Source of the DNA: the human T2T-CHM13v2.0 reference genome, Homo sapiens
Direction: 5' to 3' (one strand)
Assembly (NCBI RefSeq): GCF_009914755.1
Contig: NC_060932.1
Length of the DNA stretch: 64,000 bases
The translations under genes were made by a program, and so were the position numbers. A model generated the notes under the pieces. It ran no database searches and was not told the origin of the DNA. It worked only from the letters and a program-made list of their open reading frames with translations. Shown here in pieces: positions 45,995-58,657 of the stretch (within the stretch, counting starts at the first letter, position 1; each line of letters begins with the position of its first letter).

Positions 45995-46200
45995 GTGGGT
46001 TTTGGAGTCAGACTGATGGTCACCTCTTGGCTTGGCCCTAGTCGGTAGTTTATGCTGGGCAGTTTATTTACTCTTGTGAGCCTCATTTTCCTCACCTGAA
46101 ACAAAGCAATTATAACAGTTGTGTAATGTATTCGTCTGTTCTCACACTACCTGAGACTGGGTAATTTATGAAGAAAAAAGTTTTAATTGATTCACAGTTA
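45995..46200. mobile_element. MIR fragment (+) followed by a short THE1/MST LTR 3'-end fragment (-)
   Basis: ttttggagtcagactg...gagcctcattttcctcacctg, then tgtattcgtctgttctcacact...cctgagactgggtaatttatgaagaaaaaag. Confidence 0.65.
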
Positions 46201-47120
46201 CGCTTCAGAACAGCCCATATAAGCTTTACAGCCCAACAGTTTGCTGTGGACTATAATTCTATTGGCTGTTCTGAAGTCGGGGGTGTGTGTGCCATCTAAG
46301 TCAAAAGTTTTAATGTGCAAAAGTTGTTCACACCCAGGTTATGGAAAGATAGGAAAGAAAGCTAATGAATCTCATCCTGTGCGGTGGTGTGGTAGCTTAG
46401 CCCTCTGGTCCAGGCTGCCTGTTCCCCAGCGTTCCGCAGTATGGGAGCTCTGATCCCAGCTGAGGCCACAATCACACGAGATGTGATTTTGAAAACTCAC
46501 CATGTTCCCTCCAGATCACACCACTGTTCATTCAGCCCCGCCCCCACGGCCCACAGGCGTGGCTGCATTTCAAATGGCATTATTAAAAAAACTAGACACC
46601 TATTTAATTACTTTAAATTCAGTGTTCCCAGTACACGTTCTGGAATTAAACACATCCTGAGACGGGCATTTTTTGCACCTATAAATCAGGTGGATGTCTG
46701 GAGATGATTAGTTCTGTTATGCCGCATTGTAGGTAGGAAGTCATTTGCTTCTTTTGTTGTTTTTGATCCATGTTTATCATTCTCTCCAAGTTGAAGTTAT
46801 TTATCCAAACAGTGCAAGTAAAGAAGTGGGAGGAAGGGAGATTAAAATAAGAAGGATGTTCCTTGCTTTAAAAATGCGGCACTGAGAAAACATCTCAGGA
46901 GATGAAGTGGAGCTGCAGAAAGCCTGGGAGGAGGAGGGGCGGATTAGAGCTCCTGGCTGGGGTGGAGAATTTAATGTCTGTTTGTAAACGATGCAGGTTC
47001 TAAAAATGATCATTAGCAAGCAATGGTGCTGAAAGGACAAGTAAAAAAGTACCCCCAAATAATATTCATTTAGACAGACCTGAGAACACTGCAGGCCCCC
47101 ATAGGACAGGGCTTGGTTAA

Positions 47121-47506
<386 letters not shown>

Positions 47507-47830
47507 AGCAGGCTTTTGACTGAAGCAAAGATTGGAGACTCTGCCAGTTACAGGAGCTGCCATACTCATATCCTTCTTCACAATGCAAATAACTCATAAT
47601 AGTAGGCCACGTGTCTGCTGTGTTCTTTAATAAATGACTAATGTTTCCTTTACTTATTCTTATGAAAACCATTCCAATTTGCTGATATATTGTAACTTGT
47701 GAGGACTGAAGGAGACAATATTGGTCAAACAACAGGACCTTGCCAGGTGAACAGTAGGTCTCGCTTGCTGCAGGGGCCATCAGCTCTGTCTGGGCTCCTT
47801 CAGAGGCAGCAACAAATGCAGTAGTCCTCA

Positions 47831-50800
47831 CTCCTTCCTTCCTTCCTTTCCTTCCTCCCTCCCTCTCTCCCTCCTTCTCTCCTCCCTTCCTCCCTCCTTC
47901 CCTCCTCCTTTCCTCCCTCCTCCCTTCCTCCCTCCCCTCCCTTTCCCCTCCCTCCCTCCTTCCCTCCCTCCTTCCCTGCCTTCCTTCCTTCGTTCCTCCC
48001 TCCCTTCCTCCCTTCCTCCTCCCTTCCTCCTCCTCCCTTCCTCCTCCCTCCCTTCCTCCTCCCTTCCTCCTCCCTCCCTTCCTCCTCCCTCCCTTCCTCC
48101 TCCCTCCCTTCCCCCTCCCTCCCTACCTTCCCCCTCCCTTCCTCCTCCCTTCCTCCTCCCTTCCCTTCCTCCCTTCCCCCTCCCTTCCCCCTCCCTTCCC
48201 CCTCCCTTCCTCCCCTTCCCCCTCCCTTCCCCCTCCCTTCCCCCTCCCTTCCCCCTCCCTTCCTCCTCCCTCCCTCCCTTCCCCCTCCCTTCCTCCTCCC
48301 TTCCTCCTCCCTTCCTCCCTCCCTTCCCCCTCCCTTCCTCCCTCCCTTCCCCCTCCCTTCCCCCTCCCTTCCTCCCTTCCTCCTCCCTTCCTCCCTCCCT
48401 TCCCCTCCCTCCCTTTCCTCCCTTCCCCCTCCCTTCCCCCTCCCTTCCCCCTCCCTTCCTCCCTTCCCCCTCCCTTCCCCCTCCCTTCCCCCCCTTCCCC
48501 CTCCCTTCCCCCTCCCTTCCCCCTCCCTTCCCCCTCCCTTCCCCCTCCCTTCCTCCTCCCTCCCTCCCTTCCCCCTCCCTTCCTCCTCCCTTCCTCCTCC
48601 CTTCCTCCCTCCCTTCCCCCTCCCTTCCTCTTCCCTTCCTCCTCCCTTCCTCCTCCCTTCCTCCCTCCCTTCCCCCTCCCTTCCTCCTCCTTTCCCCCTC
48701 CCTTCCCCCCCTTCCCCCTCCCTTCCCCCTCCCTTCCTCCCTCCCTTCCCCCTCCCTTCCCCCTCCCTTCCTCCCTTCCTCCTCCCTTCCCCCTCCCTTC
48801 CCCCTCCCTTCCTCCCTTCCTCCTCCCTTCCTCCCTCCCTTCCCCCTCCCTTCCTCCCTCCCTTCCCCCTCCCTTCCTCCCTTCCCCCTCCCTTCCCCCT
48901 CCCTTCCCCCTCCCTTCCTCCCTTCCTCCTCCCTTCCCCCTCCCTTCCCCCTCCCTTCCTCCCTTCCTCCTCCCTTCCTCCCTCCCTTCCCCCTCCCTTC
49001 CTCCCTCCCTTCCCCCTCCCTTCCCCCTCCCTTCCTCCCTTCCTCCTCCCTTCCCCCTCCCTTCCCCCTCCCTTCCTCCCTTCCTCCTCCCTTCCTCCCT
49101 CCCTTCCCCCTCCCTTCCTCCCTCCCTTCCCCCTCCCTTCCTCCTTCCCCCTCCCTTCCCCTCCCTTCCCCCTCCCTTCCTCCTTCCTCCTCCCTTCCCC
49201 CTCCCTTCCCCCTCCCTTCCTCCCTTCCTCCTCCCTTCCTCCCTCCCTTCCCCCTCCCTTCCTCCCTCCCTTCCCCCTCCCTTCCCCTCCCTTCCTCCCT
49301 TCCTCCTCCCTTCCCCTCCCTCCCCCCTTCCCCCTCCCTTCCCCTCCCTTCCCCTTCCCCCTCCCTTCCCCTCCCTTCCCCCTCCCTTCCCCCTCCCTTC
49401 CCCCTCCCTTCCCCCTTCCCTCCCTCCCTTCCCCTTCCTCCTTCCCCTCCCTTCCCCTCCCTTCCCCCTCCCTTCCCCCTCCCTTCCCCTCCTCCCCCTC
49501 CCTTCCCCTCCCTTCCCCCTCCCTTCCCCTCCCTTCCCCTCCCTTCCCCTCCCTTCCCCCTCCCTTCCCCTCCCTTCCCCTCCCTTCCCTCCTTCCTCCT
49601 CCCTTCCCCCTCCCTTCCCCCTCCCTTCCTCCCTTCCTCCTCCCTTCCCCCTCCCTTCCCCCTCCCTTCCTCCCTTCCCTCCTCCCCTTCCTCCTCCCTT
49701 CCTCCCTCCCTTCCCCCTCCCTTCCTCCCTTCCTCCTCCCTTCCTCCTCCCTTCCTCCCTCCCTTCCCCCTCCCTTCCTCCCTCCCTCCCTCCCTTCCCC
49801 CTCCTTCCCCTCCCTTCCCCTCCCTTCCTCCTCCCTTCCTCCCTCCCTTCCCCCTCCCTTCCTCCCTTCCTCCTCCCTTCCTCCCTCCTTCCCCTCCCTT
49901 CCCCCTCCCTTCCCCCTCCCTCCTCCTCCCCTCCCTTCCCCCTCCCTTCCTCCCTCCCTTCCCCCTCCCTTCCCCTCCCTTCCCCCTCCCTTCCTCCCTT
50001 CCTCCTCCCTTCCTCCCTCCCTTCCCCTCCCTTCCCCCTCCCTTCCTCCCTTCCTCCTCCCTTCCCCCTCCCTTCCCCCTCCCTTCCTCCCTTCCTCCTC
50101 CCTTCCTCCTCCCTTCCTCCCTCCTCCTCCTCCTCCCTTCCTCCTCCTCCTTCCTCCTCCCTCCCTTCCTCCTCCCTTCCTCCTCCCTCCCTTCCTCCTC
50201 CCTCCCTTCCTCCTCCTCCCTTCCTCCTCCCTCCCTTCCCCCTCCCTTCCTCCCTTCCTTCTCCCTTCCCCCTCCCTTCCCCCCCTTCCCCCTCCCTTCC
50301 CCCTCCCTTCCCCCTCCCTTCCCCTCCCTTCCCCTCCCTTCCTCCCTTCCTCCTCCCTTCCCCCTCCCTTCCCCCTCCCTTCCTCCCTTCCTCCTCCCTT
50401 CCTCCTCCCTTCCTCCCTCCCTTCCCCCTCCCTTCCTCCCTCCCTTCCCCCTCCCTTCCCCCTCCCTTCCTCCCTTCCTCCTCCCTTCCTCCTCCCTTCC
50501 TCCCTCCCTTCCCCCTCCCTTCCTCCCTTCCTCCTCCCTTCCTCCTCCCTTCCTCCCTCCCTTCCCCCTCCCTTCCTCCTCCCTCCCTCCCTTCCCCCTC
50601 CCTTCCCCCTCCCTTCCTCCTCCCTTCCCCCTCCCTTCCTCCCTCCCTTCCCCCTCCCTTCCTCCTCCCTCCCTCCCTTCCCCCTCCCTTCCCCCTCCCT
50701 TCCTCCTCCCTTCCCCCTCCCTTCCCCCTCCCTTCCCCCTCCCTTCCTCCCTTCCTCCTCCCTTCCCCCTCCCTTCCCCCTCCCTTCCTCCCTTCCTCCT

Positions 50801-53369
50801 CCCTTCCTCCTCCCTTCCTCCCTCCCTTCCTCCCTTCCTCCTCCCTTCCTCCTCCCTTCCTCCCTCCCTTCCCCCCTCCCTTCCTCCCTCCCTTCCCCCT
50901 CCCTTCCTCCCTTCCTCCTCCCTTCCTCCTCCCTTCCTCCCTCCCTTCCTCCCTTCCTCCTCCCTTCCTCCTCCCTTCCTCCCTCCCTTCCCCCTCCCTT
51001 CCCCCTCCCTTCCCCCTCCCTTCCTCCCTTCCTCCTCCCTTCCTCCTCCCTTCCTCCCTCCCTTCCTCCCTTCCTCCTCCCTTCCTCCTCCCTTCCTCCC
51101 TCCCTTCCCCCTCCCTTCCCCCTCCCTTCCCCCTCCCTTCCTCCCTTCCTCCTCCCTTCCCCCTCCCTTCCCCCTCCCTTCCTCCCTTCCTCCTCCCTTC
51201 CTCCTCCCTTCCTCCCTCCCTTCCTCCCTTCCTCCTCCCTTCCTCCTCCTCCCTTCCTCCTCCCTCCCTTCCTCCTCCCTTCCTCCTCCCTCCCTTCCTC
51301 CTCCCTCCCTTCCTCCTCCCTCCCTTCCTCCTCCCTCCCTTCCCCCTCCCTTCCTCCCTTCCTTCTCCCTTCCCCCTCCCTTCCCCCCCCTTCCCCCTCC
51401 CTTCCCCCTCCCTTCCCCCTCCCTTCCCCCTCCCTTCCCCCTCCCTTCCTCCCTTCCTCCTCCCTTCCCCCTCCCTTCCCCCTCCCTTCCTCCCTTCCTC
51501 CTCCCTTCCCCCTCCCTTCCCCCTCCCTTCCTCCCTTCCTCCTCCCTTCCTCCCTCCCTTCCCCCTCCCTTCCTCCCTCCCTTCCCCCTCCCTTCCCCCT
51601 CCCTTCCTCCCTTCCTCCTCCCTTCCTCCTCCCTTCCTCCCTCCCTTCCTCCCTTCCTCCTCCCTTCCTCCTCCCTTCCTCCCTCCCTTCCCCCCTCCCT
51701 TCCTCCCTCCCTTCCCCCTCCCTTCCTCCCTTCCTCCTCCCTTCCTCCTCCCTTCCTCCCTCCCTTCCTCCCTTCCTCCTCCCTTCCTCCTCCCTTCCTC
51801 CCTCCCTTCCCCCTCCCTTCCCCCTCCCTTCCCCCTCCCTTCCTCCCTTCCTCCTCCCTTCCTCCTCCCTTCCTCCCTCCCTTCCTCCCTTCCTCCTCCC
51901 TTCCTCCTCCCTTCCTCCCTCCCTTCCCCCTCCCTTCCCCCTCCCTTCCCCCTCCCTTCCTCCCTTCCTCCTCCCTTCCCCCTCCCTTCCCCCTCCCTTC
52001 CTCCCTTCCTCCTCCCTTCCTCCTCCCTTCCTCCCTCCCTTCCTCCCTTCCTCCTCCCTTCCTCCTCCTCCCTTCCTCCTCCCTCCCTTCCTCCTCCCTT
52101 CCTCCTCCCTCCCTTCCTCCTCCCTCCCCTTCCTCCTCCCTCCCTTCCTCCTCCCTCCCTTCCCCCTCCCTTCCTCCCTTCCTTCTCCCTTCCCCCTCCC
52201 TTCCCCCCCCTTCCCCCTCCCTTCCCCCTCCCTTCCCCCTCCCTTCCCCCTCCCTTCCCCCTCCCTTCCTCCCTTCCTCCTCCCTTCCCCCTCCCTTCCC
52301 CCTCCCTTCCTCCCTTCCTCCTCCCTTCCCCCTCCCTTCCCCCTCCCTTCCTCCCTTCCTCCTCCCTTCCTCCTCCCTTCCTCCCTCCCTTCCCCCTCCC
52401 TTCCTCCCTTCCTCCTCCCTTCCTCCTCCCTTCCTCCCTCCCTTCCCCCTCCCTTCCTCCTCCCTCCCTCCCTTCCCCCTCCCTTCCCCCTCCCTTCCTC
52501 CTCCCTTCCCCCTCCCTTCCTCCCTCCCTTCCCCCTCCCTTCCTCCTCCCTCCCTCCCTTCCCCCTCCCTTCCCCCTCCCTTCCTCCTCCCTTCCCCCTC
52601 CCTTCCCCCTCCCTTCCCCCTCCCTTCCTCCCTTCCTCCTCCCTTCCCCCTCCCTTCCCCCTCCCTTCCTCCCTTCCTCCTCCCTTCCTCCTCCCTTCCT
52701 CCCTCCCTTCCTCCCTTCCTCCTCCCTTCCTCCTCCCTTCCTCCCTCCCTTCCCCCTCCCTTCCCCCTCCCTTCCTCCCTTCCTCCTCCCTTCCCCCTCC
52801 CTTCCCCCTCCCTTCCTCCCTTCCTCCTCCCTTCCCCCTCCCTTCCCCCTCCCTTCCTCCCTTCCTCCTCCCTTCCTCCTCCCTTCCTCCCTCCCTTCCT
52901 CCCTTCCTCCTCCCTTCCTCCTCCCTTCCTCCTCCCTTCCTCCTCCCTTCCTCCCTCCCTTCCTCCCTTCCTCCTCCCTTCCTCCTCCCTTCCTCCTCCC
53001 TTCCTCCCTCCCTTCCTCCTCCCTTCCCCCTCCCTTCCTCCCTTCCTCCTCCCTTCCCCCTCCCTTCCCCCCCCTTCCCCCTCCCTTCCTCCCTTCCCCC
53101 TCCCTTCCTCCCTTCCTCCTCCCTTCCTCCCTCCCTTCCCCCTCCCTTCCTCCCTCCCTTCCCCCTCCCTTCCTCCCTTCCCCCTCCCTTCCTCCCTTCC
53201 TCCTCCCTTCCTCCCTCCCTTCCCCCTCCCTTCCCCCTCCCTTCCCCCTCCCTTCCCCCTCCCTTCCCCCTCCCTTCCCCCTCCCTTCCCCCTCCCTTCC
53301 CCCTCCCTCCCTCCTTCCTTCTTTTCTTCCTTCCTGTTTCCTCCCTCCTTTCCTTCCTTCCTTCCTTCC
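47831..53369. repeat. ~5.5-kb polypyrimidine/polypurine complex tandem repeat (CTCCCTTC, CTCCCTTCCCC, CTCCCTTCCTC and CTCCCTTCCTCC units)
   Basis: Only four purines are seen on the + strand (47978, 47992, 48125, 53336). The minus-strand translations are nearly all G/R/E/K. Confidence 0.98.
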
Positions 53370-53389
53370 ACCTGTGAAGTCTGATTGAG

Positions 53390-53990
53390 ATAAGCCACAA
53401 CCAGGCAGAGCCCATATTTATTCATTTCTGTATTTATAATGTCTGAGCCAAGCCAGGCACTTGATATACGTTTTTGAATGAATTAATGAGTAACTGATCC
53501 TAATTAATAGAAAGCAACCCCAGACACACACACACACACACACAGTATATATATGTATATATGCACATAATGTATATTATATAAATATATGTTATGTGTG
53601 TATATTATGCATATTTGTGTATATGTATATATTACTCTATACAAGTCATGGTCAAGTAACAAGGTACAGTGATTAAGAGTTTGGCTGTAGAGTTTGACAA
53701 ACTGCTAATTAAATTCCTCATCTGTGGCTTTTTAACCCTGTTTCCTCAAACAAGTTACCTTAATACCAGCTCCTTCATTATAAAACAGGGGCAATAATTG
53801 TCTCTTGTTTATGAAAGCATATCCACCTCCTAACAGCATGCTTATTTTCCATATTTACCCATGTGCCTGTCTTTCCTCCAACCTTCTAGCCTTTGAGCCC
53901 CATGAAGGCAGTACTACGTGTGCTCATTATTTTATTACTGGCACTTAGAACAGAGTTAGGAACTTGGTAATTATTTGTGGAATAAAAGAC
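53390..53990 (+). mobile_element. L2 3'-end fragments and a MIR piece, with a CA/TA microsatellite at ~53524-53630
   Basis: tattcatttctgtat...ccaggcacttgatatacgtttttgaatgaattaatga (L2 tail), gattaagagtttggctgtagagt (MIR-like), and ttgagccccatgaaggcag...cacttagaacagag (L2). Confidence 0.55.
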
Positions 53991-56900
53991 CACTTAAGGT
54001 TGTAGTCAGGTATTTAACGAAGTGCCTGATGTATAGCAAACACTTATCTAATTAAAGTTCAAATTTACTATTATCATGATTAAGAGGTACCATACATCTG
54101 GGATACAGAGCAGTGCAGAGAAGGACTTTTATAGATTTTATCACACACAGAAAGTTGAAGGAGGTTGAACTTCAACTGTGGATAAGACTTGAATTAATAG
54201 ATGAATGGGATTTGTTTGTAATTAACATATTAATTGCTTTTATGTAAAACAGAACTTTTAAAGTGTCTGAAAAGCATTTGCTTTCTTACCTGGAAGTTTG
54301 GCCATTGTTTCTGCCATCTTATAATTATTGTTAACTGAATTGCTAAGAAACCATTTTTTCTGTTAAAAATCCTTAGATATTTAAAGGAAAAGTTGCCTGA
54401 TGTTCTTTCAATTCCTCCACATTATGAAGACTGATTCCAGTTTAAGGAGAATTCTAGGTAAGAAAAATAATTCAATTTTTAATTTTAGACAAGACTATTT
54501 CTGAAAAAATCTCTCAGTTCTTAGGTTATATTACCAGTTACACTGTACTGTAATGCGTAGAGTTTAGACTTCATGTAGAGTTTAGACTTCATACACTAAT
54601 TTCTGATGGGAAGAAGAGGATGACAGCCCTTTAGGGGAAATGAATGATAACATCACTGAGGTTTTCATTAATTTTTAATGAGGCTTGTACATTTCACTCA
54701 GAGAGTTAAGCATCACCCAACTCTGGTAAATGTTATACCTCATACACGTCATTCAATCACCTGAGTTTTAAGAGCAAGTTACTATTTTTCATTGTGCACT
54801 CTGAAAAATATCTTCTATACAGGGAACAATTAAAACAGTAGGACTATATTAATTATTTGGCTACTTAAAAATGACTCAATTATAATAACAATTTGCTACA
54901 TGATATATTATACATAGTTCCTATTTTTATTAAAAAACAAGTTACTCCAGCAATTATATGATGAAACTAACCTGTTTATATTTGAGCTGAACATCTTTGG
55001 GTGTTTGTTGTTTTGTGCATTTTCTTTAATTCATTTTCTTTTCTTAATTGACATTTTACAACCTGTTTCCTAGATTTCATATTAACTGGTGTTGAATCTG
55101 AATCATTTGGTTGATACAGTTAGCAATTTCTTTAATATATTGGAGACATAAAAGATACAGTAGAAGTTTTATAAATTTTTAATTAAAAAATTATTCTACT
55201 GTACAAAAGTCCCTTCCAGGCACCAGTCTCTTCAAAGACACACCCGGCTTGTGAAGAGGCTGTGTCCATGCCAGTGGGGCTAAAGATAGGTTCTGGTAGT
55301 TTCCTAGAACAGCTGTGTGGCATGCATCGTTCCCAGCTCTGATTTTATTAGGATAAAACTCCCAGGTTTCTGTTGCTGAAAAGTCCTGGAAAAGCCCTGA
55401 GGCCTCTGACACCGGCCTCTCACGGTGGCTTTCCTGCAGTGGAGGCTGCAGGGTCGTACTTCTGAGTGACGGGGTCCTCAGCAAGCTACTGATAGAGCTG
55501 ACCCAGCTGGGAAAACCCCACCCCCACTTGCTTTCCATCAGCAGAGCTGGGAGGCGGTTGTAGAGACAGGACGTGGGGCCTGGGGCTAAGGGCCTGGCTG
55601 GGGGTGGATGGGGCCCTGCACCTGTGCCTGGCCCCGCTGCCAGAGCGCTCAGGGGTCAGCCCCGCTGACAGCTCATCCACAGAAGAACTGTGATCTGGAG
55701 ACACATACTTGAATCTGATTCAGTACGTGGATTCAGACATCAGAATCAGAATCTTGGTGTACTTGAAAACGGCCCCGAGGTAGAGGGCAGCCAGGAGCAT
55801 GTGGATTCTGGCCACGGCCATGAGCCAGCATACTGAGGAGTTCAGGTGGGTGGGCCGGGCTTTCTCAGCTTTACTGTCCTCATCTGCAAAATTAATCGGT
55901 TTGATTACATCTGGAATGTTCAGTCTGCTCCAGTGAGTCCTAGAGTTTCTGAAGAGCCCTCTTTGAGTCTTTCCTGGATGGGTAACCATGGTGAGGAGCG
56001 TGGTCTCGGTCGTCCAAGCCCCGACTCAACCAGAGCAAATGTGGATTCATGGCTTTCCCATGTGCTTCTGAGTAAATTCTGATTTGACAAAGATAACCTG
56101 CTGCTGAGAAGAATAAAGGATCTGAAAAGTTACCGTACAGCGTGAGTCTCTGACTGAGCCCTCTCAGGATGATCAGCACTGGCTTCCTCTCTTGCTGCCT
56201 CTTTATGTAAGACATGCCATCTCAGACGTGGGGACGGCACCCCTGGACCAAGTCCCCATGCCTCCACGGAGTCAAAACACAGACCTTTCCTGCTGCACAC
56301 TCACTTAGGAGCACCAATAATCCAGAAGCACTTCCAGAAATAAAGGTGGAAAATGATTCTAGACAGTGCTTCATATTCTATAGCTTGAAATTTCTTAAAA
56401 GAGGCAATAACACTTACCAATTTGTAAAATATGGAAAAAAATTCCATTTCATAAAAATGATATTAGTGTAACACTGACAATGGCGATGACACAGTCACAA
56501 ATCACCCCTGTCCCATCAGAACTATTCCCTTTCTGCTTCAGGCTTTTTGAAGGTGTTATAAAAATAAACATTTAAATAAAACAAGATTAAATTCCTGCAG
56601 GAAAAGACCATTACTTTTAATGAGATTCCTTGAAATGAAGAACTATAGCTTAATTGATTAAAAAAGATTAATAGGTAATTATTTGCTTAGGAACAAAAAT
56701 AATCAAAATAAAAAACACCTGCAGTTGCTCATCAAGAGCAGGAATCCAGAGAGAGAAAATTTTCACCCTGGCTTTAGTCTTATAAAGGTGCTCATTCTCG
56801 CATTGGACCAAAACGTCGAGAGACATGGATCTGAGTCTTGGTTTTGTAATTATTTCTCTTGTGACTGCAGGAATCTTCCTTCAACTTTCTGGTCCTGAAA

Positions 56901-57885
56901 GACCAGGTCCATAAAAGGATGTGGTTGGAGCAGATAATCTGCAGCAGCTCTGGTGTGCCTGAAACTGTCAGCAGTTAAACCGCTCCTGTTCCTTTTTGAG
57001 ATCTTAATCAGAAATGAATATGCATCAAAGACACCCCAGAGCGAGACCCTCTTCCGTGTTATTTCTACTGAATGAGAGGCAGGAACTGCATCAGTGTTTT
57101 GGTATGTACTTTTCACGTAGTGTTTTTGATGGTAATCCTGGTGGAAAAACACAGTAACCCTTCTTCCCTTAACTTACAGCATGTCGTGAACTATGGCCAT
57201 GAGACTAGAGTCCCCAGGATGACACTCCACCATCTGACTCATGCTGAGGGCTCACACTGGCCCCTGATATTATTTCTGAAGCCCTAACACTGAACGTAAA
57301 AACCTGGGAGAGAACTGTACGGAAGGACTCCAGGATCCTGATAGCCCCCATGGAACAGGGCTTCGTGGATTCAGGCGTCAGAATCAAGCCTAGAGAGAGG
57401 AGATGTTTACCGCTCATGGCAGAGTGAGGCCTCGCGGTGAATGGAAAGCATGGCTGGGCACAGGGGTGGTCCTGATGGAGGGGCCAGAGGCTGATGATGG
57501 CGTGGAGGCCCTGACACAGGGCAGCCCCGCCAGCCTCTGCATGGCCGGGGGAGTTACACCCTTGAGGACGGGTTCCAGGAATAAGATGTGTAATATGCAG
57601 AAGACAACAGGGCCTTTGTGTGGAAAGGCATCCGTGAATTAACACCAATGGCGGAGAGCAGGCAGTAGGGAAGCGGCCGCGGTGGGCGCTGTTCCGCACC
57701 CCATGTGGTCTGGCTTGCACGGCCAGGGCAGCCCAGGCGTCGGCCTCCTGTTTCTCTCCTGCCATGATCCTCTTTCTACCCCCAAAGCTCTTACCTGGCC
57801 CCTGTATCCAAGCCTTCCTCGGGTACTGCCCTGGCCAGGAGAGAAGAAAGCACCCAGCCTCCTGGTCAGTGTTCCGCTGAAGCAT

Positions 57886-58432
57886 TGTATGAGTCCGGGT
57901 TCTCTAGAGGGACAGGACTAATGGGATAGGTGTATACATGAAGGGGAGTTTATTAAGGAGAATTGACTCAGGATCACTAGGTGAGGTCCCACAATAGGCC
58001 GTCTGCAAGCTGAGAAGCCTGGAAGCCAGTCCGAGTCCCAAAACCTTAGAAATAGGGAAGCCGGCAGTGCAGCCTTCGGTCTGTGGCCAAAGGCCTGAGA
58101 GCCCCTGGCAAACCACTGGTGTGAGTCCGAGAGTCCAAAAGCTGAAGAACTTGGAGTCTGATGTTCAAGGGCAGGAAGCATCCAGCCCGGGAGAAAGATG
58201 GAGGCTGGAAGACTCAGCCAGTCCAGTCCTTCCACCTTCCTCTGCCTGCTTCTATCCTAGCCGTGCTGGCAGCTGAATAGATGGTGCCCACCCAGATTGA
58301 GGGTGGGTCTGCCTCTCCCAGCCCACTGACTCCAGTGTTAATCTCCTTTGGCAACACCCTCACAGACACACCCAGGACAATACTTTGCATCCTTCAATCC
58401 AATCAGGTTGACAATCCATATTAAGTATCACG
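57886..58432 (-). mobile_element. MLT2A2-like ERVL solo LTR, full length (547 bp)
   Basis: tgtatgagtccgggttctctagagggacaggactaat...aagctgaagaacttggagtctgatgttcaagggcaggaagcatccagc...caatccaatcaggttgaca...tatcacg. 5-bp TSD agcat (57881-57885) / agcaa (58433-58437). Confidence 0.92.
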
Positions 58433-58657
58433 AGCAAGTTCTGTGGAGGGCAGAAGCTCCCGTCTGACAGGTCAGAGGCTGCTGCAGCCACAGAGGCTGG
58501 TGGGGGCCACCATGCTGCCCTCATGTGTGTATGTGGGGACAATTGGGCAGCCTCTGTTTGCTCGCCCTACTCACAATCTGAGTGTGCAGTTTACCACCAA
58601 GTATGGGTCAAAATCCCAGGATTACAGTTGGACTTTGTTTAATTTAAAAGACTTGTT

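Noticed and set aside
47800-53425. Two ~1,870-aa G/R/E/K ORFs on the minus strand
   Set aside because: A purine-only strand cannot contain stop codons, so the open frames are a by-product of the repeat. There is no splice or domain evidence.
54556-54592. 18-bp tandem duplication gtagagtttagacttca(t)
   Set aside because: An ordinary micro-duplication with no further structure.
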